Part shown: positions 60,624 through 64,000 of the stretch, one piece after another
Numbering within the stretch: position 1 is the stretch's first letter
How the letters are laid out: each line of letters begins with the position of its first letter
Origin: Minutocellus sp. GHC0000111
Lineage: Eukaryota
Assembly: GCA_977018835.1 (NCBI GenBank)
Contig: OZ361257.1
Coordinates: 1,860,001-1,924,000 of the forward strand
Direction of reading: 5' to 3'
DNA length: 64,000 nucleotides
The notes under the pieces: generated by a model
What the model was told of the DNA's origin: nothing
What the model saw: the letters and a program-made list of their open reading frames with translations, nothing else
Database searches by the model: none
Program-made: the position numbers and the translations under genes

Positions 60624-61400
60624 TTACTCATCCACATTTTTTCCAGACTTGACGAGAAATTCAACAAGAAGTTGTCTGGTATAACTGCCAAGACTATTGA
60701 CACTAATGCAAACTACTTCCACTCCAAATGAGGAGTCGAGATATAACTTCAGGAAGTCGAAATAGTCCGCTTGATTGTCGACAAGGAAATTTAGGTGCTT
60801 GTCCTTGTCTTTTCCGGTGTTTCTCCAAGTAAAATCGATGCTCAATGAAGAGGGGAATCCTGGGGACGGATTACAATTTATTACTTCTGTGATGATGCTT
60901 TCGTAGATGACGCGAGCCGCACGAAAAACTTGAATGCGATTGCAAACATCTTTCTTCTGGTCTTTCAACTCTTGAAGTGTCCTTTCTGCCTGTTCGATCT
61001 CCTCCGACAATCCGTGTTCTTCTTCTACTAGATTTCCAAGAGCTTTCTCTGATGAGGTCATCGTATTAAGAAAGAGTGAGTTGACATCTGGCACTTCAAC
61101 GTTGTCATAATTGATGCGATCCTCTGGATCAACGCCGTAATACTTCAAGTCATCAATTACAGCTTTTTTGGAGACGTTGAGGGGAAGAGCAACTTTGCCA
61201 TCTCGGAGATAGTCAAGCAAATACTTGAATCGGGCACCGTCCCGCTCAATGTAGACCTCACCATTATCGGCATTGCTTTGTTGCCATTCTTCACTAATCA
61301 TCCGGGTAATCATCACGTCAGGGTGGGCTTCAAGGAGAGACCGGGCCACTTCATACCTCGTCCCACCGACATTGAACTTAACCGTTCCTTTGTTGGTCAT
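60624..61400 (-). CDS. BTB/POZ (KCTD-type tetramerisation) domain protein
   Basis: VKFNVGGTRYEV...IERDGARFKYLLDYLRDG...DLKYYGV followed by a coiled coil. Confidence 0.9.
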   Translation of the reverse strand: MTNKGTVKFNVGGTRYEVARSLLEAHPDVMITRMISEEWQQSNADNGEVYIERDGARFKYLLDYLRDGKVALPLNVSKKAVIDDLKYYGVDPEDRINYDNVEVPDVNSLFLNTMTSSEKALGNLVEEEHGLSEEIEQAERTLQELKDQKKDVCNRIQVFRAARVIYESIITEVINCNPSPGFPSSLSIDFTWRNTGKDKDKHLNFLVDNQADYFDFLKLYLDSSFGVEVVCISVNSLGSYTRQLLVEFLVKSGKNVDE

Positions 61401-61695
61401 CGTCAGGGAGTAATAAAGGACAATGAATAACTAAAAAGAGTCCAAATAAAAAATGATACGCAGATTCTTGAGCCTCGCCGAAAAGTCAGGCGTGTGGAAA
61501 CTCCTACAGGGCTACAGTGCAGTGCAGTGTTTAGCGTGGAATTGATTGACTAGAAATTCAATATCTGAACACATGCAAATTCAATTGTAACGTAAAGAAT
61601 TGGATAATCATTCTGAATTTTCAGAATAAGAAGCCCCTGTCGAGTCAAAGTATGTACAAACGCAAGAACAACACCCACCATTGCCTCTTCAATCA

Positions 61696-62331
61696 TCATT
61701 GATTTTCGCCGGCATTCCCTTGATCGATCTCGCCCAGCAATCTATTTGGAACAACGGCATCCACCATGAAGCATCCTGCGAATATCTCCGTCTCCGCCGG
61801 TACAAATCCACCATTCCGAAATCCATCGACCGTCCCCTTCTCCTCCTTGGTTCGGCTGAGCGCCCACCAATACTCCTTGGGTTCTCCGCGGGGGTCATTC
61901 TGCGGCCAGACTCGGACCAAACATCTCCAACGCTGATCGTCGGGTGTGTGGACCGTCATGACAATCTCCGACCGGGCGTGGTTGATCAAATCAACATATG
62001 CCGGCGTACGGACCATGGCGGCAAATCGAGGCCAAGGCCCGGTGATAGCTCTATTTGCCGGCGAACTGTACTGAAACGTTTGCTGAAGATCGTCGGCCTT
62101 GAGGCTGGCCAGCTGCCATTCAACGATTGACTCCGGTTTTGTCTGAGGGGTGAGGGAGTTGGATGGTCCGTAGAAGGCATAGGCGTCGGCATTGTTCGGC
62201 AGAAGCAGGAGGCAGAACAAAGTGGCAATGGCTACAATTCTCGAGAAAGGAAGAAGAAAGATACGCAGCCGAGGATTACCTAGCGCCGCAGAAACGCGAC
62301 CAGCCGGCGAGATGAATGCAGATGGGGCCAT
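61696..62331 (-). CDS. DUF4864-like (NTF2/SnoaL-like) protein with N-terminal hydrophobic targeting segment
   Basis: PESIVEWQLASL...FQYSSPANR...FAAMV...Y..LINH...FMVDAV. Confidence 0.7.
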   Translation of the reverse strand: MAPSAFISPAGRVSAALGNPRLRIFLLPFSRIVAIATLFCLLLLPNNADAYAFYGPSNSLTPQTKPESIVEWQLASLKADDLQQTFQYSSPANRAITGPWPRFAAMVRTPAYVDLINHARSEIVMTVHTPDDQRWRCLVRVWPQNDPRGEPKEYWWALSRTKEEKGTVDGFRNGGFVPAETEIFAGCFMVDAVVPNRLLGEIDQGNAGENQ

Positions 62332-62800
62332 TTCTGGTCAGCAAATACAAGCTGTTTGGCAGAACTACTCCTTTGTTCTCGTCACGTCGACCGAACAGAA
62401 CAAAACATCACGCTTCGGTCTGTGCCGTCGACGCGACGCGCGCGTCCTTCCGACAGATGCCTCTGACATCAGAAAGAAAATGCTGATTTCCGCAGCAAAG
62501 GGTGGTGGTGTTCGTCCCGCTAAGTGAGTGGGCGTCTTGGTCTTGCTTCGCATTTCCTCAAGGCAGACCGAATGAAAATAGTCTTGGTCTGATACGCCAT
62601 AAACAATTGATTTACAAAAATACTTCAATGTATGACCTGACAGTCTTGGTCATGGAGGTCGATTCGGACAAATATTCCGCACTTCATTCAAACTTTCTCA
62701 ATCTAGTGGGGATGGACTGGAGCTCATAAAACGAGAAATCTATAAAACGAAACAAACCGAACAAACTCTTGAAATAAAGAACAAATCCATTATATCAATA

Positions 62801-63646
62801 ATGAAGATCAATAACGCAACTATCCTGGTCTTGACCACTCTTCTTGCCGCCTCTATGGCTACTGATGACTCGGAAGACACACCCAACCTCCGCAATAAAG
62901 TCAACAACAGCGAGACGGAAGATTCTAAAGATGCATCCAATGCCCAAGCCCGCGACCTAGGCGTTCCTCTTGTATTGAATTTCAACAAAGTCGAATGCAG
63001 AAAAAAGATGGTGGATGTCGAGATTTGCTTCCAAACGGACGATTACCCTAGCGAGAATGTCGTTTGGATTGAAGATGAAGATGGCGAAGTTGGTTTTGAG
63101 ATGGGCCCATTTTCCAAGGCTAACAAGATGTACTGCGAAGAGGAAGAGTTCTGCCCTGGAAAGGTGCGTTGGTAGTCTGCAGGGCGGTGTACTTGCATAT
63201 AGTTTGTTCTCCTGTTTTTGGAAGTTTCTTATCGCTCAACGTCTCTCTGCATTTCTTTACTCAAAAAACAGTATTGGCTCTCCATTGACGATAGTTACGG
63301 CGATGGAACTACCCATTCTTACAGTGAGCTCATTGTCCGAACTCGAAAAGAAAAGCTTCTCGACAAAGTCTTGAGCTTCTCTTTCAGCCAATATGGTCCT
63401 CGAAAATTCGTTGTTCCTGAGGATGGCGGTGGATCGAGCAATACAAATACTCGTACCAATACCAACACCAACAACGGAGGTAGCGGCCCCTATGGTTGCT
63501 GCAGTAACTCCAGCGGCACGCACTGCTGCCGGTGCTGCAAGGATGAGTGTGCCAAGCAGTACAAACATCTGGGCACTGCTGCAAAAAATGACTGTAAGAG
63601 AAATGTCTGCCGCTCGTTCTATGGTAGGCCAGCTTGCAAGGACTAG
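62801..63646 (+). CDS. Secreted protein with TDDYP...DSYGDG domain and Cys-rich tail; intron 63164-63271
   Basis: Signal peptide, RDL motif; the GT-AG junction joins PGK|YWLSIDDSYGDG in frame. Confidence 0.8.
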
Positions 63647-64000
63647 GGAAGTTTACTGTGCAGAATTAGAACTGTCCCTCCTTTATTTGTTATCAAAGCT
63701 CGCGGATGAATGCCAACATGATACTCCGGAACCTGTACTTGTATGAAACCAAAACCAAAAACTGATCAGTGCGATGAAGAAACGACAATAGAAAAGAAGT
63801 AAATTTAAAGCGCCAGGACATTGAAATCCCACAGCAAATAAAATATACAACGTGCCAACATCGTTTGCGATCTACAATTTGGATTTCGGATCGAAACTAT
63901 CCTTCTCATCATACAATGGGCCTCGCAAGTGCTCTTTGAATCTATCGGCATTCATTACATAGTGCTTCGCGCTCTCTTTCAGTCCTCCAATCTGCTCCTC

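Noticed and set aside
61610..61628. Palindrome ATTCTGAA-TT-TTCAGAAT
   Set aside because: Isolated short AT-rich inverted repeat with no supporting context.

Overview
Gene-dense eukaryotic DNA, almost certainly from a diatom. Support: short GT-AG introns, bipartite 'ASA-F'-type plastid presequences, an HSF gene, RxL propeptide motifs and a CoDi-type Ty1/copia element. It holds about 27 host CDS or pseudogenes (subtilisin, HSF, F-box, ARM-repeat, HSL-family esterase, two tandem secreted paralogs, a degenerate SDR, plastid UROD/hemE, RING E3, HAD hydrolase, a deleted GH3 fused to an omega-class GST, queuosine-salvage QNG1, TauD dioxygenase, BTB/KCTD, DUF4864 and several low-complexity proteins), one tRNA-Arg(TCG), a ~186-bp tandem array and a full-length 6.2-kb copia LTR retrotransposon (12098-18309, minus strand). 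The strongest signal is in the repeats. Conserved retrotransposon codons and repeat copies show systematic TpA->CpA and TpA->TpG changes on both strands (Tyr->His/Cys, Val->Ala, Thr->Ala, Ser->Gly), the opposite polarity of fungal RIP, which suggests a repeat-directed A:T->G:C hypermutation process. The same element has no tRNA-type TGG primer site but an LTR-complementary PBS (Tf1-like self-priming), an in-frame UGA between gag and pol, and a Tudor-like domain after integrase. Many host genes carry 1-bp indels in homopolymers, which points to assembly error, so frameshift-based pseudogene calls are uncertain. All homology calls are from motif recognition only; no searches were run.
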